This document shows, piece by piece, positions 61,470 through 64,000 of a stretch of DNA of 64,000 nucleotides (its first letter is position 1; every line of letters begins with the position of its first letter). Position numbers and translations under genes: made by a program. The notes beneath the pieces are model-generated. The model was not told the origin of the DNA. It made no database searches and saw only the letters and a list, made by a program, of their open reading frames with translations. The DNA comes from Cyanophora paradoxa CCMP329. Its lineage: Eukaryota > Plantae > Glaucophyta. The DNA lies in NCBI GenBank assembly GCA_004431415.1, contig QPMI01000503.1, positions 186,001-250,000 on the forward strand, written 5' to 3'.

Positions 61470-62449
61470 CTATCGCTTGCTCCACTGCTTGCCGCGGCGG
61501 GCCTTCTTGTGGGCAACCTTCTTCGACTCCACCATGCGGTCGTCGCGCGTCAGGTGCCCCTCTGCGCGCACGTGCGCGTGCGCGCCCCGTCAGCGGCTGC
61601 TGGGCGGCCGCTGGGGCGGGGCGGGGCGGGGCGGGGCGGGGCGGGGCGGGGCGGGGCGCACCGGGCTTCATGAGGGGCCGCAGCGACGGGTCAAAGTTCT
61701 GCAGGGCGCGCGCCACACCGAGCCGGATCGCGTCCGCCTGGCCTGCGCCCCGCGCTCGCGCTCGCGCCGGGCGCGCGGGCGGCGGGCGGGCGCGGGAGCG
61801 CACCGGCGGAGCCGCCGCCCTTGGCCGTGCACCACACGTCGAACTTGTCTATGGCGTCGACGGAGAGGAGGGGCGAGACCATGCGGTGCCGCAGGAAGAG
61901 GCGCGAGAAGTACTCCGTGTGCAGCATCCCGTTGACGAGGAAGATGCCCGTGCCGGGCTTGATCCACACCCGCGCCACGCTCGTCTTCCGACGGCCCGTC
62001 CCGTAGGCGCGGTTGAACTCGTCGACCTGCCGTTCCCGGACGATGACCTCGACGGTCCTCTCCTTCTCGGCGGCGACGACCTCCTCTTCCTGGACCTCCT
62101 CCGCCGCCAGCATCTCTTCCACCAGCGCCCGCTTCGCAAGCTCCCGCAGCTCCTCCTCGCTCAGGTTCTCCTTCTGCCACAGCTCGCTGTCCAGGACTGT
62201 CACGCCGCCGCCCGTCCGCTCGCGCAGCTCGGCGAGGGACTCGCCCTCGTTGGCGGCGAGTGCTGCGCGAGTTGCGCGAATCGCCGTTGCTACTGCTGAA
62301 ATGTAGCGCGAAACCAGGCCTCCGTGCCGCTCGGCGGGCGCGTGATGCCGGACGATGGCGGCGGCCGGGGCTGCGAGGCCGTGCGCCTGGAGCCTCGCCG
62401 CGCGTGCCCCCGCCGCCGCCAGCGGCCTGATCGCTCCCCGCAGAAGCAT
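61470..62449 (-). CDS. rps9: Mitochondrial ribosomal protein uS9 (nucleus-encoded, with N-terminal targeting peptide)
   Basis: GTGRRKTSVARVWIKPGTG.FLVNG, GGGSAGQADAIRLGVARAL, LTRDDRMVESKK...KARRGKQWSKR*. Arg/Ala-rich presequence MLLRGAIRPLAAAGARAAR. Confidence 0.92.
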
Positions 62450-62524
62450 TTCGCGGTTCGGGGTACACTGCCCGATACGGCAGGGTACACGTGCAGCCAG
62501 TTCAACCGGGCGCGGGAAGGCGGG
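62450..62524. promoter_or_regulatory. Very short bidirectional promoter/5'UTR region between rps9 and the Myb/TLK-like gene
   Basis: Only 75 bp between the divergent inferred ATGs. Confidence 0.5.
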
Positions 62525-64000
62525 ATGGAGGTCCCCGCGGAGAAGCTGCGAGCGCTGGACGCACGGATGACACTGGGCGGCTCGGGCGACAGCAACGGCG
62601 GCTTCGAGGATGTCGTCGGCCTCGTTTCGGTTCTGTCGCCGGCGGGCGCGACGCCCCTGGATGTGCAGTTCCGCGTAGAGCACAGGCCACCGGGTGATGA
62701 CGATGAGGAGGACTCCAGCTCCAGCCTTGAGGAGCAGGTTCGTCTTTTCCCGCGCTGGCTTCCCGCGCTGGGCACCCGCGCGGCGCTGGCCTGTGCGCCA
62801 TGCACGCGCGTTCATCCGAACCGACCGTACGCGCTTTTGCAGAACGTGGAGGCGCTGGAGACTCCCGCGCCGGCAAACCGCGACCCCAAGGAGGTCTCGC
62901 CCGTCATTCCGAAGCAGGAGCGAGGCGGAGAGAACAGCAACGACGGAGTCACGCCCCGGAAGCGCAAGATGTTCACGCGCGACGAGGACGAGAGGATCCT
63001 GCAGGTGCGCCGTGGCGGGAGCGTTCCCGCGCTTGACCGCAGTAAGCGCTGACCCGACGCGAACGCTCCCATCCGCAGGGCGTCACAAAGTACGGCAAGC
63101 AGAGTTGGGATGAGATAGTGCGATGGAGCGGCCTCTCGCGCACCGTCGATCAGGTGCCGCCCTTCGGCCCGAGCCAACAAGCGCGCGGTTGGGTGCGGCG
63201 GGCGCTCACGCGCGCCCCCTTCCGCAGGTGCGCAAGCGGTACAAGCGCCTGGAGAAGAAGCAGGAGAAGGAAAGGCAGGCGGGCGCCGCCGGCGGCGTTC
63301 CCGCCACCGGCGCAGTTCCCGCCAACACCTCGCCCCTCCGGCCCCTGCCCGAGGCCGCCAACACCCCGCCCGCCACGCACCCCACCGCCTCCGTGGGCGG
63401 CGTGAGCCCCGTCCCCGCCGTCGGGCTCGCACCCCAGCTCGACGCGGCATCCTCCGCCCCCGCCGCCCCCTCTATCCCCCCCTCGAAGCCCACCCGTACC
63501 CTGGACCACTACTTCGGCAGGGTGCGACCCGCTCTTTTTCGAGCCCCGCGGCTTCGCCTGACGCGTCCGGCAGCCCGCGGGGGCCGCCGACGAGCGCTCG
63601 CGAACATCCGGCGCCGGATCCAGCGCGCCGCGCGCCCAGGCCTCGCGCCCCGCCCGCACCTCGGTCCGCCCCGCCCGCCGCGAACCGCCCCCGCCCCGCG
63701 CCGCTCCGCTAACGCCTCGCGCCGCCTCAGGACGCGTCGGAGCCGCCGGCGCCGCCGGCCTTTGTGGACCTGGAGGCGCGGGAGCGCGAGGGGTCGCTGG
63801 CGGCAGAGGTTGCGAGGCTGCAGCAGGAGCTGCGCGAGCGGGACGCGCGCCTCGCGCGGTTCGAGGCCGACGCGCGCTCGGCGGCTGGCCTCGCGGCGCA
63901 CGTCGCGGCGCTCGAGAAGGAGCTCGCCGAGGCCCAGCGGAAGCAGGCGGAACAGGAGACGACGGTGCGGGCGGCCATGGAGGAGGCCCTGCGCAAGGCG
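62525..64000 (+). CDS. Myb/SANT-domain and coiled-coil protein, probable N-terminal part of a Tousled-like kinase (runs off window)
   Basis: RKMFTRDEDERILQGVTKYGKQSWDEI...RTVDQVRKRYKRL (Myb). N-terminal EKLRALDARM and TLDHYF followed by coiled coil resemble TLK N-termini. Kinase domain not in window. Confidence 0.65.

Noticed and set aside
1-64000. Hundreds of long Arg/Pro/Gly/Ala-rich ORFs in the six-frame track
   Set aside because: Expected from high GC and stop-poor short introns. Real genes are spliced and recognisable only as fragments.

Overview
Eukaryotic nuclear DNA: GC-rich and intron-dense, with mostly short GT-AG introns and frequent GC-AG introns. The style resembles a GC-rich protist or alga such as a glaucophyte, but that taxonomy is an inference. 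Most ORFs in the six-frame track are GC-rich artefacts, and the gene models below were spliced by hand. Genes in order: Zn-dependent CAD-like alcohol dehydrogenase (-); an Ala-rich fibre-like repeat protein built from symmetric phase-1 exons with a triplicated 5-exon cassette (+); a TPR-like protein (-); a TRANK1-like SF1 helicase with an N-terminal RelE/ParE-like domain (-); a cNMP-binding protein (+); a CUB-domain protein (-); a multi-GYF protein (+); two tandem BED-zinc-finger paralogs (-); an importin-alpha-like ARM protein (+); a SAM + ATRX/ARIP4-like SNF2 ATPase (+); three small paralogs with variable N-termini and a constant C-terminus; a coiled-coil protein (-); TMEM19/DUF92 (+); mitochondrial uS9 (-); and the 5' part of a probable Tousled-like kinase with a Myb domain (+). 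There is one hAT-type MITE with a perfect 8-bp TSD and one putative Tc1/mariner-like MITE. The main observation comes from aligning duplicated segments inside the window: a recurring 6-bp indel turns a trinucleotide XYZ into XYZ-revcomp(XYZ)-XYZ (micro inverted triplication). I count about 15 cases. This process could explain why the intergenic DNA is saturated with short palindromes.
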